Below, piece by piece: positions 23,700 through 37,652 of a stretch of DNA of 64,000 nt (its first letter is position 1; each line of letters begins with the position of its first letter). A program made the position numbers and the translations under genes. Source of the stretch: Paragordius varius (taxonomy: Eukaryota; Animalia; Nematomorpha); assembly GCA_964247055.1 (NCBI GenBank), contig OZ176053.1:13826001-13890000 (forward strand), given 5' to 3'. A model generated the notes under the pieces. That model was not told the DNA's origin, made no database searches, and was given only the letters and a program-made list of their open reading frames with translations.

Positions 23700-26600
23700 T
23701 TTTTAAATATTTAAAAAATTCATAAAAATTACATTTATAGTCCGATCCCCAAAATATTTGGGATGATGATGGAACTACCATAGGGGTACCCAAAAAAAAT
23801 TATAGTGACATCACCTGATCAAATTTGGATTTTAGGTAGCCATTTTTATTTTTGAAATCGTATAAAATAAATTTTTTAAATATTTAAAAAATTCATAAAA
23901 ATTACATTTATACTCCGATCTTGAAAATATTTGGGGTGATGATGGAACTACCATAGGGCTACCCAAAAAAATTATAGTGACATCACCTGATCAAATTTGG
24001 ATTTTAGGTAGATATTTTTATTTTTAAAATCGTATAAAATAAATTTTTTAAATATTTAAAAAATTCATAAAAATTACATTTATAGTCCGATCCCCAAAAT
24101 ATTTGGGGTGATGATGGAACTACCATAGGGCTACCCAAAAAAAATTATGGCGACATCACCTGATCAAATTTGGATTTTAGGTAGCCATTTTTATTTTTAA
24201 AATCGTATAAAATAAATTTTTTAAATATTTAAAAAATTCATAAAAATTACATTTATACTCCGATCTCGAGAATATTTGGGGTGATGATGGAACTACCATA
24301 GGGCTACCCAAAAAAATTTATGGTGACATCACCTGATCAAATTTGGATTTTAGGTAGCCATTTTTATTTTTAAAATCGTATAAAATAAATTTTTTAAATA
24401 TTTAAAAAATTCATAAAAATTACATTTATAGTCCGATCCCCAAAATATTTGGGGTGATGATGGAACTACCATAGGGCTACCCAAAAAAAATTATGGCGAC
24501 ATCACCTGATCAAATTTGGATTTTAGGTAGCCATTTTTATTTTTAAAATCGTATAAAATAAATTTTTTAAATATTTAAAAAATTCATAAAAATTACATTT
24601 ATACTCCGATCTCGAGAAAATTTGGGGTGATGATGGAACTACCATAGGGCTACCCAAAAAAATTTATGGTGACATCACCTGATCAAATTTGGATTTTAGG
24701 TAGCCATTTTTATTTTTAAAATCGTATAAAATAAATTATTTAAATATTTAAAAAATTCATAAAAATTACATTTATAGTCCGATCCCCAAAATATTTGGGG
24801 TGATGATGGAACTACCATAGGGCTACCCAAAAAAAATTATGGCGACATCACCTGATCAAATTTTGATTTTAGGTAGCCATTTTTTATTTTTAAAATCGTA
24901 TAAAATAAATTTTTTAAATATTTAAAAAATTCATAAAAATTACATTTATACTCCGATCTCGAAAATATTTGGGGTGATGATGGAACTACTATAGGGCTAC
25001 CCAAAAAAAATTATGGTGACATCACCTGATCAAATTTGGATTTTAGGTAGCCATTTTTATTTTTAAAATCGTATAAAATAAATTTTTTAAATATTTAAAA
25101 AATTCATAAAAATTACATTTATACTCCGATCTCGAAAATATTTGGGGTGATGATGGAACTACTATAGGGCTACCCAAAAAAATTTTTCGCGACATCACCT
25201 GATCAAATTTGGATTTTAGGTAGCCATTTTTATTTTTAATATCGTATAAAATAAATTTTTTAAATATTTAAAAAATTCATAAAAATTACATTTATACTCC
25301 GATCTCGAAAATATTTGGGGTGATGATGGAACTACTATAGGGCTACCCAAAAAAAATTTTGGCGACATCACCTGATCAAATTTGGATTTTAGGTAGCCAT
25401 TTTTATTTTTAAAAACGTATAAAATAAATTTTTTAAATATTTAAAAAATTCATAAAAATTACATTTATAGTCCGATCCCCAAAATATTTGGGATGATGAT
25501 GGAACTACCATAGGGGTACCCAAAAAAAATTATAGTGACATCACCTGATCAAATTTGGATTTTAGGTAGCCATTTTTATTTTTGAAATCGTATAAAATAA
25601 ATTTTTTAAATATTTAAAAAATTCATAAAAATTACATTTATACTCCGATCTCGAAAATATTTGGGGTGATGATGGAACTACCATAGGGCTACCCAAAAAA
25701 ATTATAGTGACATCACCTGATCAAATTTGGATTTTAGGTAGATATTTTTATTTTTAAAATCGTATAAAATAAATTTTTTAAATATTTAAAAAATTCATAA
25801 AAATTACATTTATAGTCCGATCCCCAAAATATTTGGGGTGATGATGGAACTACCATAGGGCTACCCAAAAAAAATTATGGCGACATCACCTGATCAAATT
25901 TGGATTTTAGGTAGCCATTTTTATTTTTAAAATCGTATAAAATAAATTTTTTAAATATTTAAAAAATTCATAAAAATTACATTTATACTCCGATCTCGAG
26001 AATATTTGGGGTGATGATGGAACTACCATAGGGCTACCCAAAAAAATTTATGGTGACATCACCTGATCAAATTTGGATTTTAGGTAGCCATTTTTATTTT
26101 TAAAATCGTATAAAATAAATTTTTTAAATATTTAAAAAATTCATAAAAATTACATTTATAGTCCGATCCCCAAAATATTTGGGGTGATGATGGAACTACC
26201 ATAGGGCTACCCAAAAAAAATTATGGCGACATCACCTGATCAAATTTGGATTTTAGGTAGCCATTTTTATTTTTAAAATCGTATAAAATAAATTTTTTAA
26301 ATATTTAAAAAATTCATAAAAATTACATTTATACTCCGATCTCGAGAAAATTTGGGGTGATGATGGAACTACCATAGGGCTACCCAAAAAAATTTATGGT
26401 GACATCACCTGATCAAATTTGGATTTTAGGTAGCCATTTTTATTTTTAAAATCGTATAAAATAAATTTTTTAAATATTTAAAAAATTCATAAAAATTACA
26501 TTTATAGTCCGATCCCCAAAATATTTGGGGTGATGATGGAACTACCATAGGGCTACCCAAAAAAAATTATGGCGACATCACCTGATCAAATTTTGATTTT

Positions 26601-27160
26601 AGGTAGCCATTTTTTATTTTTAAAATCGTATAAAATAAATTTTTTAAATATTTAAAAAATTCATAAAAATTACATTTATACTCCGATCTCGAAAATATTT
26701 GGGGTGATGATGGAACTACTATAGGGCTACCCAAAAAAAATTATGGTGACATCACCTGATCAAATTTGGATTTTAGGTAGCCATTTTTATTTTTAAAATC
26801 GTATAAAATAAATTTTTTAAATATTTAAAAAATTCATAAAAATTACATTTATACTCCGATCTCGAAAATATTTGGGGTGATGATGGAACTACTATAGGGC
26901 TACCCAAAAAAAATTTTCGCGACATCACCTGATCAAATTTGGATTTTAGGTAGCCATTTTTATTTTTAATATCGTATAAAATAAATTTTTTAAATATTTA
27001 AAAAATTCATAAAAATTACATTTATACTCCGATCTCGAAAATATTTGGGGTGATGATGGAACTACTATAGGGCTACCCAAAAAAAATTTTGGCGACATCA
27101 CCTGATCAAATTTGGATTTTAGGTAGCCATTTTTATTTTTAAAATCGTATAAAATAAATT
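23700..27160. repeat. 10-mer duplication (1730 bp)
   Basis: TAGGGGTACC at 23781/25511, TAGGTAGATA at 24005/25735, CTCGAGAAAA at 24611/26341, TTTTCGCG at 25188/26918. Confidence 0.92.
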
Positions 27161-30100
27161 TTTTAAATATTTAAAAAATTCATAAAAATTACATTTATAG
27201 TCCGATCCCCAAAATATTTGGGGTGATGATGGAACTACTATAGGGCTACCCAAAAAAAATTTTGGCGACATCACATGATCAAATTTGGATTTTAGGTAGC
27301 CATTTTTATTTTTAAAATCGTATAAAATAAATTTTTTAAATATTTAAAAAAATCATAAAAATTACATTTATAGTCCGATCCCCAAAATATTTGGGGTGAT
27401 GATGGAACTACCATAGGGCTACCCAAAAAAAATTATGGCAACATCACCTGATCAAATTTGGATTTTAGGTAGCCATTTTTATTTTTAAAATCGTATAAAA
27501 TAAATTTTTTAAATATTTAAAAAATTCATAAAAATTACATTTATAGTCCGATCCCCAAAATATTTGGGGTGATGATGGAACTACCATAGGGCTACCCAAA
27601 AAAATTATAGTGACATCACCTGATCAAATTTGGATTTTAGGTAGATATTTTTATTTTTAAAATCGTATAAAATAAATTTTTTAAATATTTAAAAAATTCA
27701 TAAAAATTACATTTATAGTCCGATCCCCAAAATATTTGGGGTGATGATGGAACTACCATAGGGCTACCCAAAAAAATTATGGTGACATCACCTGATCAAA
27801 TTTGGATTTTAGGTAGCCATTTTTATTTTTAAAATCGTATAAAATAAATTTTTTAAATATTTAAAAAATTCATAAAAATTACATTTATACTCCGATCTCG
27901 AGAATATTTGGGGTGATGATGGACCTACCATAGGGCTACCCAAAAAAATTTATGGTGACATCACCTGATCAAATTTGGATTTTAGGTAGCCATTTTTATT
28001 TTTAAAATCGTATAAAATAAATTTTTTAAATATTTAAAAAATTCATAAAAATTACATTTATAGTCCGATCCCCAAAATATTTGGGGTGATGATGGAACTA
28101 CCATAGGGCTACCCAAAAAAAATTATGGCGACATCACCTGGTCAAATTTTGATTTTATGTAGCGATTTTTTATTTTTAAAATCGTATAAAATAAATTTTT
28201 TAAATATTTAAAAAATTCATAAAAATTACATTTATACTCCGATCTCGAAAATATTTGGGGTGATGATGGAACTACTATAGGGCTACCCAAAAAAAATTTT
28301 GGCGACATCACCTGATCAAATTTGGATTTTAGGTAGCCATTTTTATTTTTAAAATCGTATAAAATAAATTTTTTAAATATTTAAAAAATTCATAAAAATT
28401 ACATTTATACTCCGATCTCGAAAATATTTGGGGTGATGATGGAACTACCATAGGGCTACCCAAAAAAATTATGGTGGCATCACCTGATCAAATTTGGATT
28501 TTAGGTAGCCATTTTTATTTTTAAAATCGTATAAATTAAATTTTTTAAATATTTAAAAAATTCATAAAAATTACATTTATACTCCGATCTCGAAAATATT
28601 TGGGGTGATGATGGAACTACCATAGGGCTACCCAAAAAAAATTATAGTGACATCACCTGATCAAATTTGGATTTTAGGTAGCCATTTTTATTTTTAAAAT
28701 CGTATAAAATAAATTTTTTAAATATTTAAAAAATTCATAAAAATTACATTTATAGTCCGATCCCCAAAATATTTGGGGTGATGATGGAACTACCATAGGG
28801 CTACCCAAAAAAAATTATGGCGACATCACCTGATCAAATTTGGATTTTAGGTAGCCATTTTTATTTTTAAAATCGTATAAAATAAATTTTTTAAATATTT
28901 AAAAAATTCATAAAAATTACATTTATACTCCGATCTCGAAAATATTTGGGGTGATGATGGAACTACTATAGGGCTACCCAAAAAAAATTTTGGCGACATC
29001 ACCTGATCAAATTTGGATTTTAGGTAGCCATTTTTATTTTTAAAATCGTATAAAATAAATTTTTTAAATATTTAAAAAATTCATAAAAATTACATTTATA
29101 CTCCGATCTCGAGAATATTTGGGGTGATGATGGAACTACCATAGGGCTACCCAAAAAAATTTATGGTGACATCACCTGATCAAATTTGGATTTTAGGTAG
29201 CCATTTTTATTTTTAAAATCGTATAAAATAAATTTTTTAAATATTTAAAAAATTCATAAAAATTACATTTATAGTCCGATCCCCAAAATATTTGGGGTGA
29301 TGATGGAACTACCATAGGGCTACCCAAAAAAAATTATGGCGACATCACCTGATCAAATTTGGATTTTAGGTAGCCATTTTTATTTTTAAAATCGTATAAA
29401 ATAAATTTTTTAAATATTTAAAAAATTCATAAAAATTACATTTATACTCCGATCTCGAGAAAATTTGGGGTGATGATGGAACTACCATAGGGCTACCCAA
29501 AAAAATTTATGGTGACATCACCTGATCAAATTTGGATTTTAGGTAGCCATTTTTATTTTTAAAATCGTATAAAATAAATTTTTTAAATATTTAAAAAATT
29601 CATAAAAATTACATTTATACTCCGATCTCGAAAATATTTGGGGTGATGATGGAACTACTATAGGGCTACCCAAAAAAAATTTTGGCGACATCACCTGATC
29701 AAATTTGGATTTTAGGTAGCCATTTTTATTTTTAAAATCGTATAAAATAAATTTTTTAAATATTTAAAAAATTCATAAAAATTACATTTATAGTCCGATC
29801 CCCAAAATATTTGGGGTGATGATGGAACTACCATAGGGCTACCCAAAAAAAATTATGGTGACATCAGCTGATCAAATTTGGATTTTAGGTAGCCATTTTT
29901 ATTTTTAAAATCGTATAAATTAAATTTTTTAAATATTTAAAAAATTCATAAAAATTACATTTATACTCCGATCTCGAAAATATTTGGGGTGATGATGGAA
30001 CTACCATAGGGCTACCCAAAAAAAATTATAGTGACATCACCTGATCAAATTTGGATTTTAGGTAGCCATTTTTATTTTTAAAATCGTATAAAATAAATTT

Positions 30101-33100
30101 TTTAAATATTTAAAAAATTCATAAAAATTACATTTATAGTCCGATCCCCAAAATATTTGGGGTGATGATGGAACTACCATAGGGCTACCCAAAAAAAATT
30201 ATGGCGACATCACCTGATCAAATTTGGATTTTAGGTAGCCATTTTTATTTTTAAAATCGTATAAAATAAATTTTTTAAATATTTAAAAAATTCATAAAAA
30301 TTACATTTATACTCCGATCTCGAGAATATTTGGGGTGATGATGGAACTACCATAGGGCTACCCAAAAAAATTTATGGTGACATCACATGATCAAATTTGG
30401 ATTTTAGGTAGCCATTTTTATTTTTAAAATCGTATAAAATAAATTTTTTAAATATTTAAAAAAATCATAAAAATTACATTTATAGTCCGATCCCCAAAAT
30501 ATTTGGGGTGATGATGGAACTACCATAGGGCTACCCAAAAAAAATTATGGCAACATCACCTGATCAAATTTGGATTTTAGGTAGCCATTTTTATTTTTAA
30601 AATCGTATAAAATAAATTTTTTAAATATTTAAAAAATTCATAAAAATTACATTTATAGTCCGATCCCCAAAATATTTGGGGTGATGATGGAACTACTATA
30701 GGGCTACCCAAAAAAAATTTTGGCGACATCACCTGATCAAATTTGGATTTTAGGTAGCCATTTTTATTTTTAAAATCGTATAAATTAAATTTTTTAAATA
30801 TTTAAAAAATTCATAAAAATTACATTTATACTCCGATCTCGAAAATATTTGGGGTGATGATGGAACTACCATAGGGCTACCCAAAAAAAATTATGGTGAC
30901 ATCAGCTGATCAAATTTGGATTTTAGGTAGCCATTTTTATTTTTAAAATCGTATAAATTAAATTTTTTAAATATTTAAAAAATTCATAAAAATTACATTT
31001 ATACTCCGATCTCGAAAATATTTGGGGTGATGATGGAACTACCATAGGGCTACCCAAAAAAAATTATAGTGACATCACCTGATCAAATTTGGATTTTAGG
31101 TAGCCATTTTTATTTTTAAAATCGTATAAAATAAATTTTTTAAATATTTAAAAAATTCATAAAAATTACATTTATAGTCCGATCCCCAAAATATTTGGGA
31201 TGATGATGGAACTACCATAGGGCTACCCAAAAAAAAATATGGTGACAATACCTGATCGAATTTGGATTTTAGGTAGCCATTTTTATTTTTTAAATCGTAT
31301 AAAATAAATTTTTTAAATATTTAAAAAATTCATAAAAATTACATTTATACTCCGATCTCGAAAATATTTGGGGTGATGATGGAACTACCATAGGGCTACC
31401 CAAAAAAAATTATGTTGACATCACCTAATCAAATTTGGATTTTAGGTAGCCATTTTTATTTTTAAAATCGTATAAAATAAATTTTTTAAATATTTAAAAA
31501 ATTTATAAAAATTACATTTATACTCCGATCTCGAAAATATTTGGGGTGATGATGGAACTACCATAGGGCTACCCAAAAAAAATTATGTTGACATCACCTG
31601 ATCAAATTTGGATTTTAGGTAGCCATTTTTATTTTTAAAATCGTTAAAATAAATTTTTTAAATATTTAAAAAATTCATAAAAAATACATTTATAGTCCGA
31701 TCCCCAAAATATTTGGGGTGATGATGGAACTACCATAGGGCTACCCAAAAAAAATTATGGCGACATCACCTGATCAAATTTGGATTTTAGGTAGCCATTT
31801 TTATTTTTAAAATCGTATAAAATAAATTTTTTAAATATTTAAAAAATTCATAAAAATTACATTTATACTCCGATCTCGAAAATATTTGGGGTGATGATGG
31901 AACTACCATAGGGCTACCCAAAAAAAATTATGGCGACATCACCTGATCAAATTTGGATTTTAGGTAGCCATTTTTATTTTTAAAATCGTATAAAATAAAT
32001 TTTTTAAATATTTTAAAAATTCAAAAAAATTACATTTATACTCCGATCTCGACAATATTTGGGGTGATGATGGAACTACCATAGGGCTACCCAAAAAAAA
32101 TTATGGTGACATCACCTGATCAAATTTGGATTTTAGGTAGCCATTTTTATTTTTAAAATCGTATAAAATAAATTTTTTAAATATTTAAAAAATTCATAAA
32201 AATTACATTTATAGTCCGATCCCCAAAGTATTTGGGGTGATGATGGAACTACCATAGGGCTACCCAAAAAAATTATAGTGACATCACCTGATCAAATTTG
32301 GATTTTCGGTAGCCATTTTTATTTTTAAAATCGTATAAAATAAATTTTTTAAATATTTAAAAAATTCATAAAAATTACATTTATACTCCGATCTCGAAAA
32401 TATTTGGGGTGATGATGGAACTACCATAGGGCTACCCAAAAAAAATTATGGTGACAATACCTGATCGAATTTGGATTTTAGGTAGCCATTTTTATTTTTT
32501 AAATCGTATAAAATAAATTTTTTAAATATTTAAAAAATTCATAAAAATTACATTTATACTCCGATCTCGAAAATATTTGGGGTGATGATGGAACTACCAT
32601 AGGGCTACCCAAAAAAAATTATAGTGACATCACCTGATCAAATTTGGATTTTAGGTAGCCATTTTTATTTTTAAAATCGTATAAAATAAATTTTTTAAAT
32701 ATTTAAAAAATTCATAAAAATTACATTTATAGTCCGATCCCCAAAATATTTGGGATGATGATGGAACTACCATAGGGCTACCCAAAAAAAAATATGGTGA
32801 CAATACCTGATCGAATTTGGATTTTAGGTAGCCATTTTTATTTTTTAAATCGTATAAAATAAATTTTTTAAATATTGAAAAAATTCATAAAAATTACATT
32901 TATACTCCGATCTCGAAAATATTTGGGGTGATGATGGAACTACCATAGGGCTACCCAAAAAAAATTATGTTGACATCACCTAATCAAATTTGGATTTTAG
33001 GTAGCCATTTTTATTTTTAAAATCGTATAAAATAAATTTTTTAAATATTTAAAAAATTTATAAAAATTACATTTATACTCCGATCTCGAAAATATTTGGG

Positions 33101-34479
33101 GTGATGATGGAACTACCATAGGGCTACCCAAAAAAAATTATGTTGACATCACCTGATCAAATTTGGATTTTAGGTAGCCATTTTTATTTTTAAAATCGTA
33201 TAAAATAAATTTTTTAAATATTTAAAAAATTCATAAAAAATACATTTATAGTCCGATCCCCAAAATATTTGGGGTGATGATGGAACTACCATAGGGCTAC
33301 CCAAAAAAAATTATGGCGACATCACCTGATCAAATTTGGATTTTAGGTAGCCATTTTTATTTTTAAAATCGTATAAAATAAATTTTTTAAATATTTAAAA
33401 AATTCATAAAAATTACATTTATAGTCCGATCAGCAAAATATTTGGGGTGATGATGGAACTACCATAGGGCTACCCAAAAAAATTATAGTGACATCACCTG
33501 ATCAAATTTGGATTTTAGGTAGCCATTTTTATTTTTAAAATCGTATAAAATAAATTTTTTAAATATTTAAAAAATTTATAAAAATTACATTTATACTCCG
33601 ATCTCGAAAATATTTGGGGTGATGATAAAACTACCATAGAGCTACCCAAAAAAAATTATAGTGACATCACCTGATCAAATTTGGATTTTAGGTAGCCATT
33701 TTTATTTTTGAAATCGTATAAAATAAATTTTTTAAATATTTAAAAAATTCATAAAAATTACATTTATACTCCGATCTCGAAAATATTTGGGGTGATGATG
33801 GAACTACCATAGGGCTACCCAAAAAAAATTATGGCGACATCACCTGATCAAATTTTGATTTTAGGTAGCCATTTTTTATTTTTAAAATCGTATAAAATAA
33901 ATTTTTTAAATATTTAAAAAATTCATAAAAAATACATTTATAGTCCGATCCCCAAAATATTTGGGGTGATGATGGAACTACCATAGGGCTACCCAAAAAA
34001 ATTATGGCGACATCACCTGATCAAATTTTGATTTTAGGTAGCCATTTTTATTTTTAAAATCGTATAAAATAAATTTTTTAAATATTTAAAAAATTCATAA
34101 AAAATACATTTATAGTCCGATCCCCAAAATATTTGGGGTGATGATGGAACTACCATAGGGCTACCCAAAAAAATTATAGTGACATCACCTGATCAAATTT
34201 GGATTTTAGTAGCCATTTTTATTTTTAAAATCGTATAAAATAAATTTTTTAAATATTTAAAAAATTTATAAAAATTACATTTATACTCCGATCTCGAAAA
34301 TATTTGGGGTTATGATGGAACTACCATAGAGCTACCCAAAAAAAATTATAGTGACATCACCTGATCAAATTTGGATTTTAGGTAGCCATTTTTATTTTTG
34401 AAATCGTATAAAATAAATTTTTTAAATATTTAAAAAATTTATAAAAATTACATTTATACTCCGATCTCGAAAATATTTG

Positions 34480-36200
34480 GGGTGATGATGGAACTACCAT
34501 AGGGCTACCCAAAATAAATTATGTTGACATCACCTGATCAAATTTGGATTTTAGGTAGCCATTTTTATTTTTGAAATCGTATAAAATAAATTTTTTAAAT
34601 ATTTAAAAAATTCATAAAAATTACATTTATACTCCGATCTCGACAATATTTGGGGTGATGATGGAACTACCATAGGGCTACCCAAAAAAAATTATGGTGA
34701 CATCACCTGATCAAATTTGGATTTTAGGTAGCCATTTTTATTTTTAAAATCGTATAAAATAAATTTTTTAAATATTTAAAAAATTCATAAAAATTACATT
34801 TATACTCCGATCTCGAAAATATTTGGGGTGATGATGGAACTACTATAGGGCTACCCAAAAAAAATTATGGCGACATCACCTGATCAAATTTTGATTTTAG
34901 GTAGCCATTTTTTATTTTTAAAATCGTATAAAATAAATTTTTTAAATATTTAAAAAATTCATAAAAATTACATTTATACTCCGATCTCGAATTGGGGTGA
35001 TGATGGAACTACCATAGGGCTACCCAAAAAAATTATGGTGACATCACCTGATCAAATTTGGATTTTAGGTAGCCATTTTTATTTTTAAAATCGTATAAAA
35101 TAAATTTTTTAAATATTTAAAAAATTCATAAAAATTACATTTATACTCCGATCTCGAAAATATTTGGGGTGATGATGGAACTACCATAGGGCTACCCAAA
35201 AAAAATTATGGCGACATCACCTGATCAAATTTGGATTTTAGGTAGCCATTTTTATTTTTAAAATCGTATAAAATAAATTTTTTAAATATTTAAAAAATTC
35301 ATAAAAATTACATTTATACTCCGATCTCGAAAATATTTGGGGTGATGATGGAACTACCATAGGGCTACCCAAAATAAATTATGTTGACATCACCTGATCA
35401 AATTTGGATTTTAGGTAGCCATTTTTATTTTTGAAATCGTATAAAATAAATTTTTTAAATATTTAAAAAATTCATAAAAATTACATTTATACTCCGATCT
35501 CGACAATATTTGGGGTGATGATGGAACTACCATAGGGCTACCCAAAAAAAATTATGGTGACATCACCTGATCAAATTTGGATTTTAGGTAGCCATTTTTA
35601 TTTTTAAAATCGTATAAAATAAATTTTTTAAATATTTAAAAAATTCATAAAAATTACATTTATACTCCGATCTCGAAAATATTTGGGGTGATGATGGAAC
35701 TACTATAGGGCTACCCAAAAAAAATTATGGCGACATCACCTGATCAAATTTTGATTTTAGGTAGCCATTTTTTATTTTTAAAATCGTATAAAATAAATTT
35801 TTTAAATATTTAAAAAATTCATAAAAATTACATTTATACTCCGATCTCGAATTGGGGTGATGATGGAACTACCATAGGGCTACCCAAAAAAATTATGGTG
35901 ACATCACCTGATCAAATTTGGATTTTAGGTAGCCATTTTTATTTTTAAAATCGTATAAAATAAATTTTTTAAATATTTAAAAAATTCATAAAAATTACAT
36001 TTATACTCCGATCTCGAAAATATTTGGGGTGATGATGGAACTACCATAGGGCTACCCAAAAAAAATTATGGCGACATCACCTGATCAAATTTGGATTTTA
36101 GGTAGCCATTTTTATTTTTAAAATCGTATAAAATAAATTTTTTAAATATTTAAAAAATTCATAAAAATTACATTTATACTCCGATCTCGAAAATATTTGG
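34480..36200. repeat. 5-mer duplication (860 bp)
   Basis: 5-bp-deleted CCGATCTCGAATTGGGG at 34981/35841; AAAATAAATTATGTTG at 34511/35371. Confidence 0.92.
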
Positions 36201-37652
36201 GGTGATGATGGAACTACTATAGGGCTACCCAAAAAAAATTATGATGACATCACCTGATCAAATTTGGATTTTAGGTAGCCATTTTTATTTTTAAAATCGT
36301 ATAAAATAAATTTTTTAAATATTTAAAAAATTTAAAAAAATTACATTTATACTCCGATCTCGACAATATTTGGGGTGATGATGGAACTATCATAGGGCTA
36401 CCCAAAAAAATTATAGTGACATCACCTGATCAAATTTGGATTTTAGGTAGATATTTTTATTTTTAAAATCGTATAAAATAAATTTTTTAAATATTTAAAA
36501 AATTCATAAAAATTACATTTATACTCCGATCTCGAAAATATTTGGGGTGATGATGGAACTACTATAGGGCTACCCAAAAAAAATTTTGGAGACATCACCT
36601 GATCAAATTTATATTTTAGGTAGCCATTTTTATTTTTAAAATCGTATAAAATAAATTTTTTAAATATTTAAAAAATTCATAAAAATTACATTTATACTCT
36701 GATCTCGAAAATATTTGGGGTGATGATGGAACTACCATAGGGCTACCCAAAAAAAATTATGGCGACATCACCTAATCAAATTTGGATTTTAGGTAGCCAT
36801 TTTTATTTTTAAAATCGTATAAAATAAATTTTTTAAATATTTAAAAAATTCATAAAAATTACATTTATAGTCCGATCCCCAAAATATTTGGGGTGATGAT
36901 GGAACTACCATAGGGCTACCCAAAAAAAATTATGGCGACATCACCTGATCAAATTTGGATTTTAGGTAGCCATTTTTATTTTTAAAATTATATAAAATAA
37001 ATATTTTAAATATTTAAAAAATTCATAAAAATTACATTTAAAGTCCGATCTCAAAATATTTGGGGTTATGATGGGACTACCATAGGGCTACCCAAAAAAA
37101 ATTATGGCGACATCACCTGATCAAATTTGGATTTTAGGTAGCCATTTTTATTTTTAAAATCGTATAAAATAAATTTTTTAAATATTTAAAAAATTCATAA
37201 AAATTACATTTATACTCCGATCTCGAAAATATTTGGGGTGATGATGGAACTACCATAGGGCTACCCAAAAAAAATTATGGCGACATCACCTGATCAAATT
37301 TGGATTTTAGGTAGCCATTTTTATTTTTAAAATCGTATAAAATAAATTTTTTAAATATTTAAAAAATTCATAAAAATTACATTTATACTCCGATCTCGAA
37401 AATATTTGGGGTGATGATGGAACTACCATAGGGCTAGCCAAAAAAAATTATGGTGACATCACCTGATCAAATTTGGATTTTAGGTAGCCATTTTTATTTT
37501 TAAAATCGTATAAAATAAATTTTTTAAATATTTAAAAAATTCATAAAAATTACATTTTTACTCCGATCTCGACAATATTTGGGGTGATGATGGAACTACC
37601 ATAGGGCTACCCAAAAAAATTATAGTGACATCACCTGATCAAATTTGGATTT

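Noticed and set aside
27265-27400. Yeast point-centromere analogy (ATCACATG matching the CDEI consensus, followed by a >90% AT block)
   Set aside because: ATCACATG is a rare variant, it is not adjacent to the AT block, and there is no CDEIII. The resemblance is coincidental.
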